DNA from: a bacterium
Lineage (GTDB): Bacteria; Joyebacterota; Joyebacteria; Joyebacterales; Joyebacteraceae
Length of the DNA: 38,785 nt
Assembly (NCBI GenBank): GCA_025774645.1
Contig: JALGVN010000009.1
Location: forward strand, 1-38,785
Reading direction: 5' to 3'
Shown: piece after piece, positions 19,066-27,066 of the stretch
Layout: each line of letters opens with the position of its first letter
How positions within the stretch are numbered: the stretch's first letter is position 1
The notes under the pieces: model-generated
Seen by the model: only the letters and a program-made list of their open reading frames with translations
Database searches by the model: none
Told to the model about the DNA's origin: nothing
Position numbers and translations under genes: made by a program

Positions 19066-20097
19066 CTACCGTCCGAAGAACTTGCGGCGGCCCCTTCGCA
19101 GGAGCGTCTTCGTTCTCTCGCCGAAAGGACCTTCGACGCCCTCCACGACGGTCGCCACCGAGACGCGAGACCATCGCGTGTGCCGGGAGAACGCGTAGAT
19201 CATCGAGGCGAGTCCATCAGGCACGTTGTGCTGCATCCGAATGGCGGGTCCCCCGGGGAGCCGCCGTTTGTTCTTCGTGAGCGTGAGGTTGAAGCGCTCG
19301 TCGAACCGACCGGTCCACGTCTCGACCAGCCGGATGCTCGTTCCGTCCCAGTCGTAGACGGCGGCCGTAGAGCACCTGAGGCGATCGATCATCGTGTCGT
19401 TGTACGACGGGAAGACCCGGAAGATGAGGTTCCCGAGGGAATAGAGCACGCTCGCGTCGCCGATGTCCTCGCCGCCCCCCGTGACGTGGGTGTGGAGACC
19501 GATCACCTGCGCCGCGCCCTCGCGCACGAGTGTCCGCGCACGTTTCCTGACGACCGGCGACGTCGCCATGACGACCTCCCACCCCCAGTGCGCGTAGACG
19601 ACGAGCTTCTCGTCGGGTCTCACGAACGGCGCGACAACGCCTTCGTCCTCGTCGGCGATGAACCCGCCCCACTCACCTTCGACGCGTCTCGGCTTCGTCT
19701 CCGGATACGTGATGCCCACGACCCTGAGCCCCGGGACGAGCTCGACGCTCGGCTGGGCGACCCACCCGAACACGCGGTTCTCTCCGAACGTGGACTGGAG
19801 GGTCTCGACCGTGTGGCGCGCCGCCTCGGCGCCGAAGTCGGTCACGTGGTTGTTCGAGACCGACACGGCGTCGACGCCGAGTCTCCTGAGCTTGTCGATG
19901 ACGCGGGGGTCGACCGAGATCTGGACCTTCTTGTCGGTGTGGCCGAGGGGCTCGAACTTCTCGCCGTCGATCGCCGATTCGAAGTTCGCGACGACCAAGT
20001 CGGCGCCGAGGGCGTCGTGGAAGTTGGGGACGTCGGCGGCCTCCCACGTCGCGAGATCGGTTTCGAGGTTGATGTCGCCGAGGAACGCAATCCTCAT
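19066..20097 (-). CDS. CapA/PgsA-family metallophosphoesterase-fold protein
   Basis: LGDIN, ANFES, SNNHVTDFG, HWGWE, IGLHTHV, YSLGNLIF; start ATG 20097 overlaps the upstream stop (ATGA). Confidence 0.85.
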   Translation of the reverse strand: MRIAFLGDINLETDLATWEAADVPNFHDALGADLVVANFESAIDGEKFEPLGHTDKKVQISVDPRVIDKLRRLGVDAVSVSNNHVTDFGAEAARHTVETLQSTFGENRVFGWVAQPSVELVPGLRVVGITYPETKPRRVEGEWGGFIADEDEGVVAPFVRPDEKLVVYAHWGWEVVMATSPVVRKRARTLVREGAAQVIGLHTHVTGGGEDIGDASVLYSLGNLIFRVFPSYNDTMIDRLRCSTAAVYDWDGTSIRLVETWTGRFDERFNLTLTKNKRRLPGGPAIRMQHNVPDGLASMIYAFSRHTRWSRVSVATVVEGVEGPFGERTKTLLRRGRRKFFGR

Positions 20098-21410
20098 GGA
20101 GTTCTCTCCTGACCGGGCCGCGGTCCGTGTGTCGTGCGCTGCCTCGCCTGGGGACCTCCGTAGATCCCGAGATCGGAGGGACCCCCGTCGGGGTCGGTGA
20201 AGAGCGGGTTCCCGGCGTCGACGCCGGGCGATCCCTCGAGAAGGCGGAAGTCGAGCGTGTCCGCGAAGAGGGGATCGAGGGAGACGTTCCCGTCGACTCC
20301 CGTCAGCTCGTCCATGTCGCGGTAGTCGCCGCCGGCGTTTCCCCAGACGTCGTTGAACGTGATGCCGACGTTCTCCGGGTTCCCGTTCATCCAGATCCCG
20401 ACCGGCGGACAGACCCACTCTTCCCGCCAGCCGTTCCCGACGACGATGTTGTTCGTGAAGAGCCCCGTCGCGACGTCGCTCCAGAGCGCGAACCCGCAGT
20501 TCCCGTTCCTGGCGACGACGTTGTTCGCCGCCTCCATGAACGACTCGCCCGTAATGACGATCCCCCAGCCGAGGTTGTCGAAGATCGCGTTGTTACGGAC
20601 CGTCGCGCGGGAGCTCCCGAACGTGCCGATGCCCTTCCAGTAGCCGGAGATCCGGTTCCGGAGGACGACGGCCGAGGCGTCCCACGTGATGCCGATGCCC
20701 GCGCCGCGTCCGACGGAGATGTCGTTGTCGGCGATGAACGCGACGGCGCCGCGGTATAGCGCGATCCCGTCCCAGCCGTTGTTCCGGATGACGCAGTTCG
20801 TGACCGTGATCTCGGCGCCCTCGCGTCCCATGACGCCGCCGATCCCGACCACCACGTCCTCCAGTCGGTGGTCGTTGTCGACGATCTCGAGACCCGTGAG
20901 CGTGACGCTGCTCCTCCTCACGACGACACCGGCGTCGGTCGCCATGCCGTCGGGGTCCCGCTTTCCTCCGGTAATCCGGAGGTCCGCTACGTGTGAGCTT
21001 CGGCTGTCCACGAAGAGGAGGCCGTACCCGGCGTTCGTCACGAGCACGGTCTCGTCGGGACCGCTCCCGATGAGGTGGATGCCCTTGCCTTCGACGAGGA
21101 ACCCGACGGTCGCCTGGACGTCCGTCACGTGCTCCTCACAGTTGCCACAGAGTGGCTCGGTGAGCTCGGACGGACTCGCTTCGTAGGTTCCCGGGCGGAT
21201 CACCAGGACGTCGCCGTCCGCCGCCACGTCGATCGCGAGCTGGAGGATGCGATACGGGTTGTCGGCGGCACCCGTGCCGGCGACGCCGTCACTGAGGTCG
21301 TCGACGAAGAAGGTCGCCGCCTGCGCGCCGAGCGGGGCGATAGTAAGGAGCCCGCCCGCGACGACGGCAGCGAAGGCGACCGTGCAGAGAACGGCTGCTC
21401 TCGAAGTCAT
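20094..21410 (-). CDS. Secreted right-handed parallel beta-helix (pectin-lyase-fold/NosD-like) protein
   Basis: SD GGAGG; signal peptide MTSRAAVLC...AQA; GTGAADNPYRILQLAID...PGTY start; Asn-ladder repeats; DPLF...GSPGVDAG...DLGIYGGP end; ATGA overlap with the reductase stop. Confidence 0.85.
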   Translation of the reverse strand: MTSRAAVLCTVAFAAVVAGGLLTIAPLGAQAATFFVDDLSDGVAGTGAADNPYRILQLAIDVAADGDVLVIRPGTYEASPSELTEPLCGNCEEHVTDVQATVGFLVEGKGIHLIGSGPDETVLVTNAGYGLLFVDSRSSHVADLRITGGKRDPDGMATDAGVVVRRSSVTLTGLEIVDNDHRLEDVVVGIGGVMGREGAEITVTNCVIRNNGWDGIALYRGAVAFIADNDISVGRGAGIGITWDASAVVLRNRISGYWKGIGTFGSSRATVRNNAIFDNLGWGIVITGESFMEAANNVVARNGNCGFALWSDVATGLFTNNIVVGNGWREEWVCPPVGIWMNGNPENVGITFNDVWGNAGGDYRDMDELTGVDGNVSLDPLFADTLDFRLLEGSPGVDAGNPLFTDPDGGPSDLGIYGGPQARQRTTHGPRPGQERTP

Positions 21411-22771
21411 CGTCCTCCTCTCGTTGCTCGGGTGAGCTCCGTCTTCTGGTGCTCGAGCTGCCCGAGCCAGGAACCGAACCTCGATGGGGTCTCCGGGTAG
21501 TCCAGGTAGAGGGACTGCGTTGCGCTGATGGACCTGGCCGCCCGCATGAGCGTGATCACGAGCGACGGGCGCTTCGCGATCGTCGCGACGAGCCGGACGT
21601 GGGCCGACAGGCGCGCCCCCGCCCCTCGAGCGCCCATCACCTTCTCCACCGCCCCGCGCTTTGCAAGTTCGTGAACGATGAAGTGGACGTCGCGGTCCGG
21701 GAGCGAGTCGAGGAACCTCCGTAAGACCTCGTGCGCGGCGTGCTGCGCGCCCAGCTCCCGCATGAACCGGAGACCGTAGTCCCAGAGGCCGGCGGTCGAG
21801 GTGTCGCCGGTGCCGAGCGCTGCGACCGCGACCTCGGCGGCGATCCCGCCGGCAAGCACGGACGGAGCGATCCCGCCACCGTGGAGGGGATTCGCCTGGC
21901 GGCCCGCGTCCCCGACCGTCATGAACCGGTCGCCGACGAGAGACGGGAGCGGCCTGCGGAGGGGGAGGAGACCCGCCCCCGCATCGATCGGATCGGCGAG
22001 CGTCATCCCCGGCAGCGAGGCTGCGAACTTCCGGTAGCAGTCCTTGAACCGCGACCCCGCTTCGAGGAGAGTGGTGCCGACTCCCACGTTGACGAGACGG
22101 TCTCCCATCGGGAAGACCCACCCGTAACCGCCGCGCGCGCCCTCCGGTCCGACGACGACAAACACCTGCTTGGGGTCCTCGAGATCCTCCGTCGTCGCGG
22201 CGATCTCGCGGTAGGCGATCCCGACGTCTGAGCGATCGAGCGGAGCCGCCTGATGCGACGGGCCTCCGTGCTGGGTGAGGACTGCGCCGTAGCCGGAGGC
22301 GTCGACGACGATCTTCGCCTTGGCGTCCGCTTCCTTGTCGTCGTTCCACCGGAGCCTGACCGTCGCCGAACCCCGGTCGGTCCAACCGAGGCACGAGCAG
22401 CCGTCGATGAGCTCCACGCCGGCCGCCACGGCATCGGCGAGGAGCCGCTGACCGAACGTAAGCCGGTTGAGGATGACCCCCGACTTGTGAGCGTCCATCC
22501 GCACGCTGCCGCCGCCCAGGATGATCGTCCCACCCCAGACCTGGGTGGCCGCCTCGGCCTCGGTCGGCGCCGCGCCGTACTCGCGCATCGTCTCGACGCC
22601 GTCCTCGGTGACGGCGTTGCCGCAGACCTTGCGCCCGACGTCGTGGGCGGACGACCGCTCGACGAGGGCGACGCGCAGCCCGGCCTCCGCGGCCCGGCGT
22701 GCCAGAACACAGCCACCCGGGCCTGCCCCGATGACGAGGAGGTCGATTCTGTCAGGGAGTGCTCGACGCAT
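21407..22771 (-). CDS. Geranylgeranyl reductase family flavoprotein resembling archaeal digeranylgeranylglycerophospholipid reductase
   Basis: GAGPGG FAD motif; RKVCGNAV; GGYGWVFP; VNVGVG; LPLRRPL; GDAGRQANPLHGGGI; C-terminal RPSL...LYLDYP..P...GSW; start taken at MRRALP (ATG 22771). Confidence 0.88.
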   Translation of the reverse strand: MRRALPDRIDLLVIGAGPGGCVLARRAAEAGLRVALVERSSAHDVGRKVCGNAVTEDGVETMREYGAAPTEAEAATQVWGGTIILGGGSVRMDAHKSGVILNRLTFGQRLLADAVAAGVELIDGCSCLGWTDRGSATVRLRWNDDKEADAKAKIVVDASGYGAVLTQHGGPSHQAAPLDRSDVGIAYREIAATTEDLEDPKQVFVVVGPEGARGGYGWVFPMGDRLVNVGVGTTLLEAGSRFKDCYRKFAASLPGMTLADPIDAGAGLLPLRRPLPSLVGDRFMTVGDAGRQANPLHGGGIAPSVLAGGIAAEVAVAALGTGDTSTAGLWDYGLRFMRELGAQHAAHEVLRRFLDSLPDRDVHFIVHELAKRGAVEKVMGARGAGARLSAHVRLVATIAKRPSLVITLMRAARSISATQSLYLDYPETPSRFGSWLGQLEHQKTELTRATRGGR

Positions 22772-22960
22772 GACCGCCGAGCCTACCAGCGCGCGGGCCC
22801 CGCGGTCAATCAGGGCTCCGTCCGCTCGGGCCGAACGGGCGGACTCTCGGGGCAGCGAGCGGCCCCGGAGAGCCGGGCCGATGCGGGCACCTGGGTTCGC
22901 GCGGAGCATCTCAACAGGTGTGACAGAGCTCGTTTGCGCGTACCCTGCCCCTCGCAGGGC

Positions 22961-22989
22961 TTGTAACCGGGCATGGAGTATGCTATTAT
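22961..22989 (+). promoter_or_regulatory. Sigma70-type promoter for the C1 peptidase gene, in the divergent AT-rich spacer
   Basis: TTGTAA-17 nt-TATTAT with extended -10 TG. Confidence 0.6.
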
Positions 22990-23091
22990 GATATTAGTCA
23001 AGCATGTTACGACCGGTCGTCCCCCCGAGCGGCGCAGGGGAAGTCTAGCCTTGAGCCGCCCGGACGGCGTTTAGCGAAGGAGAGGACGAGA

Positions 23092-26000
23092 ATGCTCGCA
23101 CGAGGAAGATGGCTCGCCGTACTGACGACGGTAGCCTTGACGGCTTTCCTCATCGCGCTCCCGCTTGCGACAGCAGGAGCGAAGATCGAACGTGAGGTGA
23201 CTCCCGAGGAGGCCGCGAGGCTCGAGGAGTGGCGGGAGCAGGTCGAACTGAACGGCTATGACTGGGAGGTAGGCCCGACGTCGGTGTCTGACCTCTCGCC
23301 GGAGGAGTTCCAGCAGCTCCTGGGCGACAGAATTCCGCCTCACATCCAGGCGATCTATGACACGCTGAGGCCCGACCCGACCGTCGAACGGATGCGCTTC
23401 CGTTCCGCGTTCGATTGGCGAGACTACGGCAAGGTCACGCCGGCGAAGGACCAGGGTTCCTGCGGGTCCTGCTGGTCGTTCGCCGCGGTCGGCGCCGTCG
23501 AGTCCGGCGTCCTCATCAACAGCGACGTCTTCCTCGACCTTTCCGAGCAGCAGCTCATCGACTGCAACGACGTCGGGTCGGACTGCGACGGCGGCCACTG
23601 CGCGGTCGGCTACAGCATCCACAAAGACCCCGGGGGCGTCACGGAGGAGTGCATTCCCTACATTGCCGACGACGGGCAGTCATGCCGCGAGCGGCTGTGC
23701 GACAAGGTCGCGATCGTCGACGGCGACTCCTACATCGCCAACACCGTCTCGTCGATCAAGTACCAGGTCGAGAACAACGGTCCCATCTCCGTTTCGATCA
23801 CCGCGTACGGCGACCTCTCCGGCTACACCGGAGGCTGCTACCAGCACGCCGGGAACGACCCCACGAACCACGCCGTGGTGATCATCGGTTGGGACGACTC
23901 GCTGTGCAGCGGCAACGGCGCCTGGCTCATCAAGAACAGCTGGGGTCACGGGTGGGGGTTCGGCGGATTCGGTTGGGTCAAATACGGGACGTGCCGAATC
24001 GGCTCGAGCGCGATGAGACCGATCAACGCGCACGCGCCGACGGAACGCTTCGTACCGACCGAGTTCGCGAGCATCCAGGACGCGATCGACAACTCCGAGC
24101 GGGGTGACGTCATCCGCGTCGCGGGCGGGACCTACACCGAGACGATCACCCTCGAGGACTACCGGACGATCCTCGGTGGCTACGATCCCACGTTCACCGT
24201 GCGCGACCCTTCGCTCTACCCGACCGTCATCGACGGGGGCGGCGCGGGGAACGTCATCACGGCATTGAACCTCGACAACATGCGGATCGACGGTTTCGAG
24301 GTCAGGAACTCGGGGCCGATCGGTTACGGCATCTACCTCAGGAACACTGAGGCGAAGGTCCAGAACTGCTACGTCCACGATTGCTGGCGAGGCATCGGCG
24401 TCGCGCCAGGGACGGCCGGCGCGACGGACGGGGAGATCCTGATCGAGTTCACGAAGGTCTCGAACAACACCGATCACGGAGTCTATATGTCCGGCGCTCC
24501 GAACCCCGTGGTGAAGGTCTACTACACTGCGACCAACGGGAACGGCGGCGACGGGATTCACTCCGAGACCACTGTCAACGCCCTCGAGAACAACACGGTG
24601 GGAGCGAACGGCGGCGACGGCATCAGAATCCTCTCGAGCGACGACACCACGATCAAGAACAACATCATCGCCTCGAACGCGGGCTACGGCGTGGCCTGCA
24701 TGACGTCGACCCCGACCCTCACGTACAACGACGTCTGGGACAACACGGCCGGCATGTACAGCGGGTGCTCGGCCGGCGAGGGCTCGATCTCCGTCGACCC
24801 GATCTTCTGCGACGCGCCGGGGGGCGACGTCTCGGTGCACGCTACGTCTCCCACGCTCGGCGCGGGTGAGTTCGGAGGGAACATGGGCGCCCTCGGCATC
24901 GGGTGTCCGGTCGGTCCGCAGGAGCTCGAGGTGGCTCAGCTCGGCGCCTCGCTCGAGATCTCGTGGAGCCCGCCGCCCCCCGAGGAGAGGGCCGACGTCG
25001 ACTACTACATCGTCTACCGCGACACGATGCAGATCCCGAATACCGAAATCGGCACCGTCGACGCTCCGGACACGATGTTCAACGATATCACGATCCCGGC
25101 GTGCATCCCTCACTACTACTGGATCTCGGCGGTCGACACCGAGGGACTCGAGGGCGCGCCCTCGAACAAGGTGAGCGGTGAACTCTGCTACATCGGTCCG
25201 ACGGGCCTCGACGTCACATTCGTCGAGGGGGCGAACGAGATGGCGTGGTCGAGCGGCGACGGTCCGATCGACTACTACGTCGTAGAGCGCTCGACGATCG
25301 TCGATCCGCCCGACTCGGTCGGGTCGGTTCCAGTCGGGGTGACGGAGTTCACCGACCTGTCGACGCTCGACTGCCCGCGCGACAACTACGCCTACCAGAT
25401 CCTGCCCGTCTACGACACAGGCTGGCGGGGCGCCATGTCGGAGAAGGTGACGATCGATCCCGCGCCGTCGCCGCCCTCGGGCATCGTGGCTGAGTGGGTC
25501 GGGAACGACGTGGTCCTCACCTGGGATCCGAACTGCGAGAGCGACTTCCGTCGGTACTGGATCTACCGCGACACGGTTCCGATTGCGCCGCCCCTCAGCT
25601 CCGAGCTGCTTGTCGGCTTCCTGCCCGACACGACGTTCGTAGACGAGGGCCTGAATCCCGAACTCACGTACTTCTACCGCCTCGTCGCGAGCGACGCGGA
25701 CGCGCAGAAGAGCGTCTACTCGGAGCAGATCTACCTCGGGACGGGTGACGTCCTCACCGTGCCGTCGCCCTACGTGACGATCACGGAGGCGATAAACGCG
25801 GCGTCAGCGCTCGACACGATCTTCGTCGGTCCCGGAACCTACAACGAGTCGATCACACTCAAGGACGGCGTTTTCGTGATGAGCACCGACGGCGCGGCGA
25901 CCACCACGATCGCGTGGCCTGGCGGCAACGTTGTCACGGGAGGCGGCCTGAGCGATCTCTCGCTCCTCGAGGGGTTCACGATCGACGGCGGCGGCATCGC

Positions 26001-26742
26001 CTCGAACGGGATCGCGGCGTGGGGAACCTACGTCAGGATCTCCGACTGCGTGGTACAGAACGCTCAGTCCGGCGTCAGCTGTCAGTTCGGCGGGGCGCCG
26101 CTCCTCTTCGGGAACACGTTCACGGGGAATCAGAACGGCGTGTCGGTTGCCGACTCGGCCAGGCCGTTCCTCTCCGGCAACACGTTCAGCGGCAACACGT
26201 TCTGCGGTCTCTACAACGCCGGCGACCCCGGACCGACGATCGGGAGAACGCTTGAGGACGCGAACGACTTCCTCGAGATCGGGCTCTATCACGTCTTCAA
26301 CCTGAGCACCGCCGAGGTCGACGCCGACTACAACTACTGGGGCGACATCTGCGTCGACGACGCGTGGTTCTACGGCGCGGTCGACTATCTGCCGTGGACC
26401 GACGCCGACCACACCGGAATCTACACGGAGTGTTCCAACTCCGTGCCGGAGGACGGACAGGACAAGCCGTTCGTGAGCTACAACTACCCGAATCCCTTCA
26501 ATCCCTCGACGGCCATCAAGTACTCGGTGCCGTCGTCGGGAGGCCGCGTGCGTCTGACGATCTACGACCTCGCGGGCCGCAAGGTGAGGACGCTTGTCGA
26601 CACGCAGCAGGCGCCCGGCGGTCACGTGACGGTCTGGTACGGCCGCGACGACCAGGGGAGGGACCTTGGTTCGGGCGTCTACTTCTACCGTCTCACGATC
26701 GGCGACTATCAGGTCCAGCGGAAGATGGTCATGCTGAAATAG
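23092..26742 (+). CDS. Secreted papain-family (C1A) cysteine protease with two beta-helix domains, FN3 repeats and FlgD-Ig/T9SS-CTD-like C-terminus
   Basis: SD AAGGAGAGG; signal peptide; FDWRD, DQGSCGSCWSFA, LSEQQLIDC, NHAVVIIGW, WLIKNSWG; two VPxxF/YxxIxxAI beta-helix starts; YxVYR/YxY FN3 units; NYPNPFNP...SGVYFYRL...RKMVMLK. Confidence 0.92.
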   Translation: MLARGRWLAVLTTVALTAFLIALPLATAGAKIEREVTPEEAARLEEWREQVELNGYDWEVGPTSVSDLSPEEFQQLLGDRIPPHIQAIYDTLRPDPTVERMRFRSAFDWRDYGKVTPAKDQGSCGSCWSFAAVGAVESGVLINSDVFLDLSEQQLIDCNDVGSDCDGGHCAVGYSIHKDPGGVTEECIPYIADDGQSCRERLCDKVAIVDGDSYIANTVSSIKYQVENNGPISVSITAYGDLSGYTGGCYQHAGNDPTNHAVVIIGWDDSLCSGNGAWLIKNSWGHGWGFGGFGWVKYGTCRIGSSAMRPINAHAPTERFVPTEFASIQDAIDNSERGDVIRVAGGTYTETITLEDYRTILGGYDPTFTVRDPSLYPTVIDGGGAGNVITALNLDNMRIDGFEVRNSGPIGYGIYLRNTEAKVQNCYVHDCWRGIGVAPGTAGATDGEILIEFTKVSNNTDHGVYMSGAPNPVVKVYYTATNGNGGDGIHSETTVNALENNTVGANGGDGIRILSSDDTTIKNNIIASNAGYGVACMTSTPTLTYNDVWDNTAGMYSGCSAGEGSISVDPIFCDAPGGDVSVHATSPTLGAGEFGGNMGALGIGCPVGPQELEVAQLGASLEISWSPPPPEERADVDYYIVYRDTMQIPNTEIGTVDAPDTMFNDITIPACIPHYYWISAVDTEGLEGAPSNKVSGELCYIGPTGLDVTFVEGANEMAWSSGDGPIDYYVVERSTIVDPPDSVGSVPVGVTEFTDLSTLDCPRDNYAYQILPVYDTGWRGAMSEKVTIDPAPSPPSGIVAEWVGNDVVLTWDPNCESDFRRYWIYRDTVPIAPPLSSELLVGFLPDTTFVDEGLNPELTYFYRLVASDADAQKSVYSEQIYLGTGDVLTVPSPYVTITEAINAASALDTIFVGPGTYNESITLKDGVFVMSTDGAATTTIAWPGGNVVTGGGLSDLSLLEGFTIDGGGIASNGIAAWGTYVRISDCVVQNAQSGVSCQFGGAPLLFGNTFTGNQNGVSVADSARPFLSGNTFSGNTFCGLYNAGDPGPTIGRTLEDANDFLEIGLYHVFNLSTAEVDADYNYWGDICVDDAWFYGAVDYLPWTDADHTGIYTECSNSVPEDGQDKPFVSYNYPNPFNPSTAIKYSVPSSGGRVRLTIYDLAGRKVRTLVDTQQAPGGHVTVWYGRDDQGRDLGSGVYFYRLTIGDYQVQRKMVMLK

Positions 26743-26889
26743 CGCCGAGAGGCTCGAAGTTCACGGGCGCCCCCGAGGCTCAGGCCGCGGGGGCGCTCTG
26801 CGTTCTCGACCGGAGCATCGGGAGGCCCTCCGCGAGCCGCCGTTCACCCCGTCCCACCCCTCCCCGAGCCTTCACCTGAGCGAAGGTCA

Positions 26890-26918
26890 TTGACAAACAG
26901 GGCAAAGCTGCGTACCAT
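26890..26918 (+). promoter_or_regulatory. Sigma70-type promoter of paralog 1
   Basis: TTGACA-17 nt-TACCAT; same flanks as the promoter at 29052. Confidence 0.7.
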
Positions 26919-27066
26919 CGCATCCTGTAGACGTCATAATTCTGAACTGGATCCCGCCCTCGGGTCGTGTCGATAGTGTACCGTGCTTCTGCAGCACCCG
27001 CGGCGCCGGGGGACACTACCCGAGGGCCTTTGCCTTCCGGGCTGAGGTCGGGAGGGGAGGAAGCCG

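Noticed and set aside
16343-19174. Long antisense or alternative-frame ORFs (e.g. 943 aa here; 32..2218; 7403..9412; 10790..12349; 29090..31105; 32866..34626)
   Set aside because: They are shadows of well-supported genes, expected in high-GC DNA; Arg/Pro-rich with no family motifs.
19066-20097. Poly-gamma-glutamate capsule locus
   Set aside because: Only a CapA-family domain is present; no capB/capC in the window.
26899-26940. GGGCAAAGC... resembling the start of a GEMM riboswitch
   Set aside because: It lies inside the -35/-10 spacer of the predicted promoter and lacks the GACGCAAAGC/P3 part.
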